DNA of 49,798 bases, from NCBI GenBank assembly GCA_030141605.1, contig JAQGDQ010001280.1, positions 1 through 49,798 of the forward strand, written 5' to 3'. The stretch's first letter is position 1, and each line of letters opens with the position of its first letter. Of this stretch, positions 28,901 to 38,402 are shown one piece after another. The position numbers and the translations under genes were made by a program. Source of the stretch: Tubiluchus corallicola. Taxonomy: Eukaryota; Animalia; Priapulida. The notes under the pieces were generated by a model, which had not been told where the DNA came from, searched no databases, and saw nothing but the letters and a program-made list of their open reading frames with translations.

Positions 28901-29558
28901 AATTCTGACATGGATTTGAAAAACACGTGTCCCTTTTGTCTGTACAGTCGACGCCATACCATTGTATAGGATCCGTATAACATTGGCAAGTAAAATAGTT
29001 ATAGGACACAGCGTCAGTCCACTTTTCAGTACAATTTGAATGATCTAAAGGACAGTACTCACACTCCTTTGGGGGATACAAGTATAGCACTACTAACTCA
29101 AAAGCAGGATTCGTCTGTTTTCCATAGTTTATAAAGTTAAAGCACAGTGTAGTGGTGGAAAAAGCAACTAATGGATATTCTGTTTTACTGTTGCACAGAG
29201 TGAGATTATTTCCTCTCGTTTTAAAGCCATCCGCGTAGGCAAAAATATAGTCTTGGTTACACCTGAGGTCCCTGTTACCCAAGCCAAAGTACAATTTTCT
29301 ATCAGCGTCAGTGCTATTGGGCGTGAAACAGATTTCTCCAAGTAGTGAGTCGGAGCCGTTGTCTCTATACAGTAGCGGATCTCCTATAATCGACATGTTT
29401 TGAGCAGGAAGATTTAAACGTTGGCTTTCTTCTTTATAGGGATGCATCGTTTGAACATTATCTGGAAACTTTAGGTTCCATACTCTGCAATTTACGCTTG
29501 TCAGAAGGAAACATAGCAAATCTACGCATAAACCCAGCTTCTTTGTTTTCTCGAGCAT
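25917..29558 (-). CDS. Gene 1: type I membrane protein (1213 aa). Signal peptide, CUB-like domain, atypical EGF, 18 EGF repeats, WAP, TM, cytoplasmic tail with 7 x 31-aa repeats (fibropellin/Notch-like)
   Basis: Uninterrupted ORF. The track starts at a TTG (29591), and the first ATG is at 29558 (MLEKTKKLGLCVDLLCFLLTSVNC, signal-like). 6-Cys EGF units CxxxPCQNSGxC...CTCPDGYLGDSC. WAP motif KTGKC...CNKDNDCGGIEKCC...CGKYCTHP. TM LAILLAFLYVLVLLTGLVIL followed by basic CKR. Confidence 0.9.
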   Translation of the reverse strand: MLEKTKKLGLCVDLLCFLLTSVNCRVWNLKFPDNVQTMHPYKEESQRLNLPAQNMSIIGDPLLYRDNGSDSLLGEICFTPNSTDADRKLYFGLGNRDLRCNQDYIFAYADGFKTRGNNLTLCNSKTEYPLVAFSTTTLCFNFINYGKQTNPAFELVVLYLYPPKECEYCPLDHSNCTEKWTDAVSYNYFTCQCYTDPIQWYGVDCTDKRDTCFSNPCQNSGICTNHYSSFNCTCPDGYLGDSCEIWDFCRDKPCQNSGICNNHYSSFNCTCPDGYLGDSCEIIDFCRDKPCQNSGTCTNHYSSFNCTCPDGYLGDSCEIRDFCRDKPCQNSGTCTNHYSSFNCTCPDGYLGDSCEIRDFCRDKPCQNSGTCTNHYSSFNCTCPDGYLGDSCEIRDFCRNKPCQNSGTCTNHYSSFNCTCQDGYLGDSCEIRDFCRDKPCQNSGICNNHNNSFNCTCPDGYLGDSCEIIDFCRDKPCQNSGTCTNHYSSFNCTCPDGYLGDSCEIIDFCRDKPCQNSGTCTNHYSSFNCTCPDGYLGDSCEIRDFCRDKPCQNSGICNNHNNSFNCTCPDGYLGDICEIIDFCRDKPCQNSGTCTNHYSSFNCTCPDGYLGDSCEIRDFCRDKPCQNSGTCTNHYSSFNCTCQDGYLGDSCEIRDFCRDKPCQNSGTCNNYNSSFNCTCPDGYLGDSCEIRDFCRDKPCQNSGICNNHNSSFNCTCQDGYLGDSCEIRNFCRYKPCLNSGICNNHNSFFNCTCPDGYLGDSCEIRDFCRDKPCQNSGTCTNHYSSFNCTCPDGYLGDSCEIRDFCRDKPCQNGAACLNTGNWYTCSCKQGYLGKNCSTFNACASFPCLYSGTCTIDTPSNSYRCTCLEAFSGKNCGILTKTGKCTPNKTLDANNCPTGTCNKDNDCGGIEKCCDFGSCGKYCTHPLPPLSPIVKHDQRTSLGALASLAILLAFLYVLVLLTGLVILCKRTRTRSKIAPVEHDTNEQESIASGRRVLQTHWPRTRSEIMPVEPDTNEQESIASGRRVRQTQRPRTRSEIAPVEHETNEQESIASRRRVRQTQRPRTRSKIAPVEHDTNEQETLASGRRVRQTQRPRTRSKIAPVEHDTNEQESIASGRHARQTHRPRTRSKIAPVESDTNEQESIASGRHVRQTQRPRTRSEITPVEPDTNEQESIASGSHARQTQHTVCKCLISDPTYNDCVLPTSQQPHKMIE
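26001..26651 (-). repeat. 7 x 93-bp coding repeat forming the gene 1 cytoplasmic tail
   Basis: Unit RTRSKIAPVEHDTNEQESIASGRRVRQTQRP (31 aa), seven copies. Confidence 0.95.
27159..28934 (-). repeat. 16 x 111-bp near-identical tandem EGF-coding repeats in gene 1
   Basis: The span is 1776 bp = 16 x 111, unit RDFCRDKPCQNSGTCTNHYSSFNCTCPDGYLGDSCEI. Confidence 0.95.
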
Positions 29559-29998
29559 ACTATTTCTCGAGTCAGATTTAAATGAGCTCAAAGCTGAGTT
29601 GCAAAGAACCGACGAGTTAGTGGAACGTTACATATGAGAAAATCACAGTTTCTTCCACAAACGTACCAGTCCCCAGATGTAGAAGAAACCGTTTGGAACT
29701 TTGAGACTTTATAGGCCATTTAGAACGGCGCGCAATGCAACAATGGCAAATGCGTGGTTATTATTAATACAATGTCACTTTTATATTTTGTTATTTCCAT
29801 GAACTGTTTGATTACAATTTGCATGTGATTTTATAACGCAATTAATTTTTTCCAGTGTATTACATATATTACTGCAATTTTTATTGATTATTGAAACAAT
29901 ATGTTTTTTGCTATTTTGATATTTTGATGCATGGTTAACATTACTATTATTATTATTTTTATTTTGTCATTTCGATGCACTGTTTTCTTCAAATTAAA

Positions 29999-30351
29999 CA
30001 AGGGTGAGCATCGAACGAGTTTTTTAAGTTCGAATTCGATTCGAATATAAAATTATGCATTCGAACAATTCAGCACTTCAGCCACACACACACACACGTT
30101 CTTTATCGTTAAAATGTTTGAAAAAGTGCGCACTTAGCCCAATTTAGCTGCAGTTTCTGTGCAAAACTTTTAACAAATTAATGGCGGTTTTACTGCAGAA
30201 CAAAATCAAGTAATATGCGTGATCTTTGCAAGGCCACTTTTTACTAGTGGTTCGAAAATCTTTCAAACTCAATTCGAGTTCGATTCGGATTCGAAATTCT
30301 GAAATTCGGTTCGATTCGAATTCGCTTTCTGGTGGCGAATGCTCTCCCCTA
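29999..30351. mobile_element. hAT-like MITE rich in TTCGAA palindromes, upstream of gene 1
   Basis: Imperfect TIR CAAGGGTGAGCA versus reverse-complement TAGGGGAGAGCA. Flanks AAATTAAA / ATATTAAA match at 7 of 8 positions. Confidence 0.6.
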
Positions 30352-30565
30352 ATATTAAATAAGTCTCGCATAAAGCTGCAACTAGTGTCACATAATTAGC
30401 CATACTAATTGATGTTGCACAAACAGGGATGACTGATGGGTGACCTCTTGGTCTTTCGCCATTCTCTCTAAATTATCATAGTAGCATTATTCTCATAAAA
30501 ATATTGTTATATCATATTAGAGAGACGAATAAATTGAATTGAATTGAATTGCGTGAAGAACAACG

Positions 30566-31178
30566 CACATTCAAATGCTACCATTTTTTTTTTACTAAAT
30601 TCAAAGTTAGTGAAAAGAAAGTTTGTTGCTGCTATAGTTTCATTAGGATAAACAAATTTGTCTTGAATTCTTTTGCAGTCATTTATTGCTTTTAAAATGA
30701 GCAAACGAGGAAAAACAAACCAAAAGAAAAACGTGCACAAAACAGAATTCAATAGCAAGCGTGATACAGGCCGCCATTTTTTCATCATTTGTTGGTGTCG
30801 CATAGTTCAACCGTTCAACGTGTTATTCAGTAATTAAATTTTTTTCTACAGTTTTATACATTTCAGTTTTGTATTTTAACTCTTTTTCTGTAGGAATATG
30901 TCAAATTTAGTAAGTAGTTACTAAGCTATTTAATAGTTTATTAATCAGAAATAGGTGCTGCACGGTGGTAAAGAAGCAGCTCTTGTGAAACCAAATAATA
31001 AAATAAACAAAAATACGCAAAATTGATTATTATTATGTCAACAAGAGAAAGAATTATAGAAAAAACAGAGAAGTAAAGAGGGTAAAAATGAACAAAAGGG
31101 AAGAAAAGCAAAATGGAAAGGGATTATTTTGTCCTAAATCTTGATTATGGACGTAATTTTGGTTATGCCAAATTTTAT
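30566..31178 (-). repeat. Right arm of the 0.6 kb inverted repeat flanking gene 1
   Basis: Reverse-complement match to 25185-25801. Confidence 0.9.
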
Positions 31179-31715
31179 GTTGTCACTGTGCGTCAGATAC
31201 ACATAAGAATTTGATGACGATGTTGACTGCATTGTACACCTAAGCTGCTTTATGTTGTCACCGTTTGTCAGATACACATAAGAATTTGATGACGATGTTG
31301 ACTGCATTGTACACCTAAGCTGCTTTATGTTGTCACCGTTTGTCAGATACACATAAGAATTTGATGACGATGATGACTCCATTGTACACCTAAGCTCTTT
31401 TGTGTTGTCACAGTGCGTCAGATACAATTAAGAATTTGATGACGATGTTGACTGCATTGTACACCTAAGCTCTTTTGTGTTGTCACCATGCGTCAGATAC
31501 ACATAATAATTTGATGACGATGTTGACTGCATTGTACACCTAAGCGCCTTTATGTTGTCACCATGTGTCAGATACAATTAAGAATTTGATGACGATGATG
31601 ACTCCATTGTACACCTAAGCTCTTTTGTGTTGTCACCGTGCGTCAGATACACATAATAATTTGATGACGATGATGACTGCATTGTAGACCTAAGCTCCTT
31701 TGTGTTGTCACCGTG
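31178..31715. repeat. 75-bp tandem repeat, about 7 copies
   Basis: Unit TGTTGTCACCGTTTGTCAGATACACATAAGAATTTGATGACGATGTTGACTGCATTGTACACCTAAGCTGCTTTA, with starts at 31178, 31253, 31328 and onward. Confidence 0.9.
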
Positions 31716-32076
31716 CCACACATACAGTTTTACTCTCTTTTGGAAAAAGCATATTGGCTTCAGAACCTTTTACTTTTGGCTTCAGAACCTGAGCTGTTCT
31801 TTCCTGTGTATATATTGCATTGTAGCTTTATAACTTGTATTGACATTAATAACTAGAACATAGAGTCATAGATGTAGCAAATGTACATTCTGTTCTCACT
31901 GATAGAATTTCCAACCAGAAGACATTCCTCTTTATGAAGTGATGTTGCATTAAGTGTCGTATCCTTTAAAATTTTATTTTAACATTTTTCGATTCTGCAT
32001 AGTTCATTTAGGCTGAGTGGAATTTTGCGAAATTAGTAACATTGTTAACATTTCCATGAATGTGTTTCACATTAGA

Positions 32077-32545
32077 AGAAGACCGGACGATTGCTTAGAC
32101 TCAATCTTATTTTAATTTACTGTCCAAAATATACATTTTCTTACCTACAAAAGTTATCAATTGTTTCTTATACTTTGAATAATTAAGTTAATTAACGGTA
32201 ACCGAACAACACAGCTATTGCTTACGTCAGAAACTATTAACTAACAGAAAGTGTTAGAGTACTGTTTAAATGAGTGATGTCACGAAAATGGGCTCTACGT
32301 CATACGACGTCAGAAACTAACACTGCAGTTCATGATCACAGTTATCACGGTACCGCCTTCTATTTGTCAGCCACGCGAATGTGACAAAAAGGCGTCCTTG
32401 CCAATCTTAGTGATTTCACTGCGTAGCTTTGAAAGTTTAACAAAATTTGAGTATTCGAGGTAATTATTGCTTAATCTAAGCTTTGATTTAAAAAAAAAGC
32501 TATTGTGGTTTTCAATATTTTAAAGCAGCCTTTATTCTGAACTAA
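32077..32545. repeat. Second copy of the 2919-3440 dispersed repeat, downstream of gene 2
   Basis: Direct similarity along the whole length. Confidence 0.75.
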
Positions 32546-32709
32546 TGTTTACACAATCATCAGGTTTTTCTTTAACAAGTTAAAGTTTGTTGTACTTATG
32601 ATAATCTGCTGGTATTTCACGCTGTTTTTTTTCATTTTTTGTTATAACCAACAGATGATTTTGAAGATTTCTGCTGTGCTCGTTGTTGATTGTGTGTGAC
32701 TGCATCTTC

Positions 32710-34386
32710 CTATTTATCCATGTCATTGTCAAGGGATGTTAATTTTGAAGTGCTCTGTGGACCTTGCTGTTGGTGAGTTGAAGTTAGACTTTTCACTCTC
32801 TCTTTGCCTTTTGGGGCCGAATCTTCTGCTCTTTTTTCTGCAGTTTTTTGGGCACTTGGCGGCGCTTTGTCCACTCTATTTTTGCTACGTGAAAGTGATG
32901 ACTTTGAAGATTTCTGAAGACTTGTGCGCTTATCGTTCGAGGACACTTCTTTCTTCCGGACATCTTTGACTTTGTTGTTTTGCCGGACACTGGCTGCAGA
33001 CCTCTGATCGTCTGCGTCATTGACCGCTTCCCGGTCTACTTCCCGTTTCCGGCGCGAATATAAGCTCATCCCTGCAAGCAAAATAGCTATGTACAAAAAT
33101 GCCAAGACTATACCAAGTGCTCCAAAGGTACTAAGTGAAGTTGATTTTTGTGTGACTTGCTCAGGCTCATAAGGCGCTGGAGGACGAGTACATATCTTCC
33201 CACAGGAGTCAACCTTACAGCACTTCTCAATTCCATCGCAGTCGTTATCTTTACTGCATTTTTTATCCCTTTTTCGACATTTGCGTTCATCGACAGACGT
33301 GACGGTGGCGCACGTCCAATTCTTAGTCAGTATGCTGCAGTTCTTTCCTGAAAATGCATCCAGGCACTTACACGTGTACGCGTTGTCTTCATTAGTGCAG
33401 GTTCCGCCATAGAGACATGGGTACAGAGAACATGGATCAGATAATTTACATTGAGTTCCTTGATATCCTTGAGGGCATGTGCAAACATACCCATCAAGCG
33501 TATTGTCACACGATCCCCTATTGTGACAAGGATTTGAAGAACACGGGTTAAATGTGCTGCAATTGGCCCCAATATACCCAGGCGAACAGTAGCATCTGAA
33601 CCAGTTGCCCGTATTTTTACATGTCCCACCATTCTGACAGGGAGTGTTCCTGCAAAAATCTATTATTTCGCAGCGTTCTCCCTGATAACCGTTTGGACAG
33701 GTGCAATGGAAGGCACTGTAGGAGTTTTTGCACACTCCCTTATTTCGACATGGCATGGAGAAACACAAGTCTCTTTTGTCTTTGCAGTCAACGCCATGCC
33801 ACTGTATGGCTCCCTGCTTGCAGAAACAAAAGTAGTATATCTCGCTGGTTTGTAGATCTTGTTTTTCGAGACATTTTGAATTCTCTCCACAGAAACCTTC
33901 ACACTGCTTCAAGGGATACATGTACTGCAGCACGAGCTCAAAAGCAGCATTCGACCGTATCCGTTTTCTTCTGAACCGGAAGCAAAACGTTTCGTATTCC
34001 GAAAGAATCAACTTAAAATCTTTGTCCTTATTGCACAACGTTCCTCGTGTCCCTACTTGTGAAAAATTCGTCTCGTATACGTCGATGAAATCGGTATCGC
34101 AGGGCATGTGCATATTGTGGAAACCAAAGTACAACTTGCGGTGTGGGTCGCTTCCGTTTGTGGTGAAACACACTTCTCGTGGTAGCGAGTCGGAGCCATT
34201 GTCCACGTGCAGTAGTGGGTCGCCGACAATAGACATGTTTTGAGCAGGAAGTTCTATAAGTTGGCTTCCTTCTTTGTAGGGATACATCGTTAAAATATTG
34301 TGTGGAAATTTTATGTTCCAGTCTCTAGAACTTGTTCTTTTGCAAATGAAATACGCTAAAACTGCCCAGACTAACAGGTTCGCCAT
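32710..34386 (-). CDS. Gene 2: paralog (558 aa). Signal peptide, CUB-like domain, atypical EGF, 4 EGF repeats, WAP, TM, K/S-rich tail
   Basis: Single ORF with AAAAATGGCG start context and a hydrophobic N-terminus. The N-terminal domain aligns with gene 1 (LPAQNMSIxGDPL, DNGSDSL, KLYFG, AFELV). WAP motif CSKDNDCDGIEKCC. TM LGIVLAFLYIAILLAGMSLY followed by SRRKR. Confidence 0.9.
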   Translation of the reverse strand: MANLLVWAVLAYFICKRTSSRDWNIKFPHNILTMYPYKEGSQLIELPAQNMSIVGDPLLHVDNGSDSLPREVCFTTNGSDPHRKLYFGFHNMHMPCDTDFIDVYETNFSQVGTRGTLCNKDKDFKLILSEYETFCFRFRRKRIRSNAAFELVLQYMYPLKQCEGFCGENSKCLEKQDLQTSEIYYFCFCKQGAIQWHGVDCKDKRDLCFSMPCRNKGVCKNSYSAFHCTCPNGYQGERCEIIDFCRNTPCQNGGTCKNTGNWFRCYCSPGYIGANCSTFNPCSSNPCHNRGSCDNTLDGYVCTCPQGYQGTQCKLSDPCSLYPCLYGGTCTNEDNAYTCKCLDAFSGKNCSILTKNWTCATVTSVDERKCRKRDKKCSKDNDCDGIEKCCKVDSCGKICTRPPAPYEPEQVTQKSTSLSTFGALGIVLAFLYIAILLAGMSLYSRRKREVDREAVNDADDQRSAASVRQNNKVKDVRKKEVSSNDKRTSLQKSSKSSLSRSKNRVDKAPPSAQKTAEKRAEDSAPKGKERVKSLTSTHQQQGPQSTSKLTSLDNDMDK

Positions 34387-34669
34387 TTTTTCGATTACTC
34401 CATTTTGAAGCCGATTTCATAGCAATCTAAGTCTTCAGTAGCTACATAAAATAGCAAAAATAAAATTACTGGAACAAGTTGGTGTCTGTTCAGACTGTTG
34501 AGAAGTGTGAACACATTAGTATAACAGACTTACATGTTTTGGGGCAAACTAAGATGTACCCCGCCTAGATTAACTCGCTGTCTGACTTCTTCTAGAGTAG
34601 ATGAAGTTGGTCCAAGAATATTCATAAATGAATGCATGTTCTAATTAAGACTTGGTTTGAGCGAATCTA

Positions 34670-36300
34670 GGCGAAAATGGGACAAGAATAAAATGGCATA
34701 GGAAAAATGGCACAAATGGAAAAGTAGGTAAAATGGCACAAAATGGAAAAGTAGGTAAAAGTGGCACAGGAAAATGGCACAGATGAAAAAGTAGATAAAA
34801 TGGAACAGAAAAAATGGCACAAATGGAAAAGTAGGTAAAATGACACAGGAAAAATGGCACAAATGGAAAAGTAGATAAGAATGGCACAGGAAAAAATGGC
34901 ACAAATGGAAAAGTAGATAAGAATGGCACAGGAAAAAATGGCACAAATGGAAAAGTAGGTAAAAATGGCACAGGAAAAATGGCACAGATGGAAAAGTAGG
35001 TAAAAATGGCACAGAAAAAATGGCACAAATGGAAAAGTAGACAAAATGGCATAAGAAAAATGGCACAGATGGAAAAGTAGGTAAAAATGGCATAGGAAAA
35101 TGGCACAGATGAAAAAGTAGATAAAATGGAACAGAAAAAATGGCACAAATGGAAAAGTAGGTAAAACGACACAGGAAAAATGGCACAAAATGGAAAAGTA
35201 GGTAAAAATGCACAGGAAAATGGCACAGATGGAAAAGTAGACAAAATGGCATAAGAAAAATGGCACAGATGGAAAAGTAGGTAAAATGGCACAGAAAAAA
35301 TGGCACAAATGGAAAAGTAGACAAAATATCATAAGAAAAATGGCACAGATTGAAAAGTAGGTAAAATGGCATAGGAAAAAATGGCAGAAATGGAAACGTA
35401 GGAAAAAGAGGCACGCTTAGTAAAATGGTTTATTTGTGTTAATTTAGTATCATATTAGAACTAGAAGTAAACAAATGTTCTTATTGATTCATTAGTAATA
35501 ATGGTTATGAAAAACAAGGTACAAAGGAATGTATGAAAGTTCCACGATTTACCTGTTTAATAGAGCTTTCCTTTAGAAGCTCTCCCTGCTTTGCATAGTA
35601 CAGTTAACAGATAATCAAAACACCTCGTCCGAAAATGAAGCCAAGTCTCATCACGTACTACAGTTTGTTTCTTAATAATTTTATTATTTTCTTATACTGA
35701 AATTATTTGATCAAAGCAATGCACGTGTCATTTTCTCCTGCTTTTTCCTGTGCCCGTATTATCTTTGGCGTTTTTACCATGCCATTTTTCCTGTTGCATT
35801 TTTAGCTTCTTTTCCATTTGTGCCATTTTCCTGTGTCATTTTTACCTACTTTTCCATTTTGTGCCATTTTTCCTGTGCCATTATACCCACTTTTACATTT
35901 GCGCCATTTTGCTGTGCCAGTTTTACCTACTTTCCATTTCTGCCATTTCCTGTGCCATTTTTACCACTTTCCCATTTTGTGCCATTTTTCCTGTGCCATT
36001 TTACCTACTTTTCCATTTTGTGCCATTTTTCCTGCGCCATTTTACCTACTTTTCCATTTTGTGCCATTTTTCCTGCGCCATTTTACCTACTTTCCCATTT
36101 TGTGCCATTTTTCCTGTGCCATTTTACCTACTTTCCCATTTTGTGCCATTTTTCCTGTGCCATTTTACCTACTTTTCCATTTTGTGCCATTTTTGCTGTG
36201 CCATTTTTAACTACTTTTCCATTTGGTGCCATTTTTCCTGTGCCATTGCACCTACTTTACCAGTTGTGCCATTTTCCGTTGTGTCGTTTTTACTGCTCAC
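34670..36300. mobile_element. Foldback-like element: long inverted arms of modular tandem subrepeats around a spacer of about 300 bp
   Basis: The left arm (about 34670-35415) repeats AAAATGGCACA/GGAAAAGTAGGT. The right arm (about 35720-36300) repeats the reverse complement TGTGCCATTTT/ACCTACTTTTCC. No clean TSD was seen. Confidence 0.7.
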
Positions 36301-36386
36301 CGGCTTGAATATGACTAGATTCTGTGAAAATGCAACCACAAACACTTGAAAAGTTGTCTTTGAAGTCTTGCTGGTGACAATTTTAA

Positions 36387-37153
36387 CCCTTAGCCGACCA
36401 TGGTGGGGTAAAAAATATCCCAAACCTGTTAGCTCACATTTTTTATGTTGATGCACACAGCGAAAAATTTTCAAACTAGTAGCAATTAAATATTTTTCTA
36501 TTTGTTATGCAACCTTGGTTTTGTTTGAAAGTATTATTTATTATTTTTTACGAAACCCTGGTACCAGATACTACCTGATGTTGGGGTGATTTGTTAGCCC
36601 CTTGGTTTCTATGTAGGTAAAATTTTGGAATTTACTTTGCAGTATTTTTCTTTCTGGTAGCAATGTGTGCTTACATTTAAAACTCAGAAGTGCTGAGAAC
36701 CTCCAATTCGGCCTACAATTCTGCAAAGAGTTTTTCTAACGATCTGTTGAGGAAATGTCATACTAAAGTTCGTGAACATTCTTCATTCAGCAATATGGCG
36801 GAAACTTTAGCTGTATGGGTGACTAAGCTTAAGCTGATCAAAATGAAATTTCAAAAGATCTTTTAAAAGTAAGGACGAAGTGGATGTCTTTCCACAAGAC
36901 TTGAAAAACCAAGCATAAATAATATATTGCAATGGTAGAAAGCCTCTTTTAATCATTGGTGCCCTCATATATCTGTGCCAACTTGTCTCAGAACTTGGTT
37001 TTTACTAATAGAAGCACCTTAACAATAGAGGGTGAATTTACCAGTTAGTCATTCTGTCCAGTTGGTAACACATATTAAGCAAAAATTTCGTGGGGTAATT
37101 TTTACTCCCTTTGGTTTTTATTGTAATATAAAAATCCGTTGGACGGCTAAGGG
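36387..37153. mobile_element. piggyBac-like MITE, second family
   Basis: TTAA|CCCTTAGCCGACCA ... TGGACGGCTAAGGG|TTAA: 13/14 TIR match and TTAA duplication. Confidence 0.85.
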
Positions 37154-37819
37154 TTAAACTAAAAACCTTCTGGGGCCGCTAGCTTCTGTTAGATTTCCAC
37201 AGTAGTAAAAATAAAGATCATTACTACAAAATTTAGCAAATTATTTTACCTGTGTCATATGCTGCAGCACGTCCATTCGAATTTGTCATTTTGTTTTAAA
37301 AGTTTGAAGGAGTCACATGCAAGTAATAATTACAAATGGTTCATATGTATAAGCGAGAGTTATAGAAAATAAAATAACTTTAAAATCTAAAACGCAAATT
37401 ATTTCACTGTCTATTATTCGCGAAAAACTTCAACAAAACATTGTCATCCCTGAAGCGCCACATGCTCCAAACTATAAGAACGGAGAACAATCATTTTCAA
37501 AAGAGGAAAGAAACCCGTTTCTTTGTTGCGTCATAAATTAGCTTAGAATTTCATTGTTTTCAAATTATCAATTTTATACCCTCATGTAAAAGTGAAAGCA
37601 CTAGCACAAAAGCATTCCGTAGAACCTAACTTTAGTATACACATTAGTTGTACAAAGCGGCGACTCGTAAGTAAAGTTACCGGAGGTGCAGTTTCAAAAA
37701 ATTTTTTAGCAATTGTTTTAATACTGTGTAAAACCAAACAAACATACGTAATTTTAATGTTATACTTGTAATTTTCAACAAGCAAACATATGAAAGTTTA
37801 TACAAGAATCAGTAGACAT

Positions 37820-38100
37820 TTCCAATCTTTCGTCCAAGATTCAACTGTATAATATATTTTTGTGTCATCCCAGTTGTAACTAGAGGTTTTCATTGGCTGT
37901 GTCTGGTTAGGCTTTCCAATCTTTCTATCTAAGATTCAACTGTGTAACATATTTTTGTGAAATCCCAGCTGCAACAGCTGTAACTAGAGGTTTTCATTGG
38001 TTGTGTCTGGTTAGGCTTTCCAATCTTTCAATCCAAGATTCAGCTGTGTAACATACTTTTGTGTAATCCCAGCTGCAACAGCTGTAATAGAGGTTTTCTT
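37820..38100. repeat. About 3 diverged tandem repeats of roughly 100 bp downstream of gene 3
   Basis: Recurrent TTCCAATCTTTC..AAGATTCAACTGT...AGAGGTTTTC. Confidence 0.75.
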
Positions 38101-38402
38101 TGACTGTATCTAGTTCTCAATCACTGTCCAAAAGCTCCCACAAAAGAAATGCAGACGCTCATGATCTGCCTTTGACTCATTTTTGTTGGCTTTTTTTCAT
38201 TGCGGTACGTCTAGTCAACGAAGGCCATATCTTGGTCGTTCGTGTCGGGTTCATTTTTCACGTCTTCTACCTCACTCTTGGCTGTGTCACAAGAAGCTAG
38301 GTCTTCGTCAATTGCACCTGGTTCATTGTCAATATCATCTTCATTGCTTTTGGTCGTGACGTAAGAATCTAGATCTTGGTCATCTGTTACATGTACTTTT
38401 GC

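Noticed and set aside
26239-28957. Antisense and alternate-frame ORFs over gene 1 (likewise over genes 2-4)
   Set aside because: They are shadows of repetitive EGF and tail coding sequence.
29559-29591. ORF-track start MSSFKSDSRNS for gene 1
   Set aside because: It begins at TTG. The ATG at 29558 gives a signal peptide aligned with the paralogs.
22823-31715. CRISPR-like reading of the 80-bp and 75-bp arrays
   Set aside because: Whole units repeat with no unique spacers, there are no cas genes, and the context is eukaryotic.
34641-36349. Overlapping F/C/P-rich ORFs
   Set aside because: They arise from stop-free frames of the foldback subrepeats.
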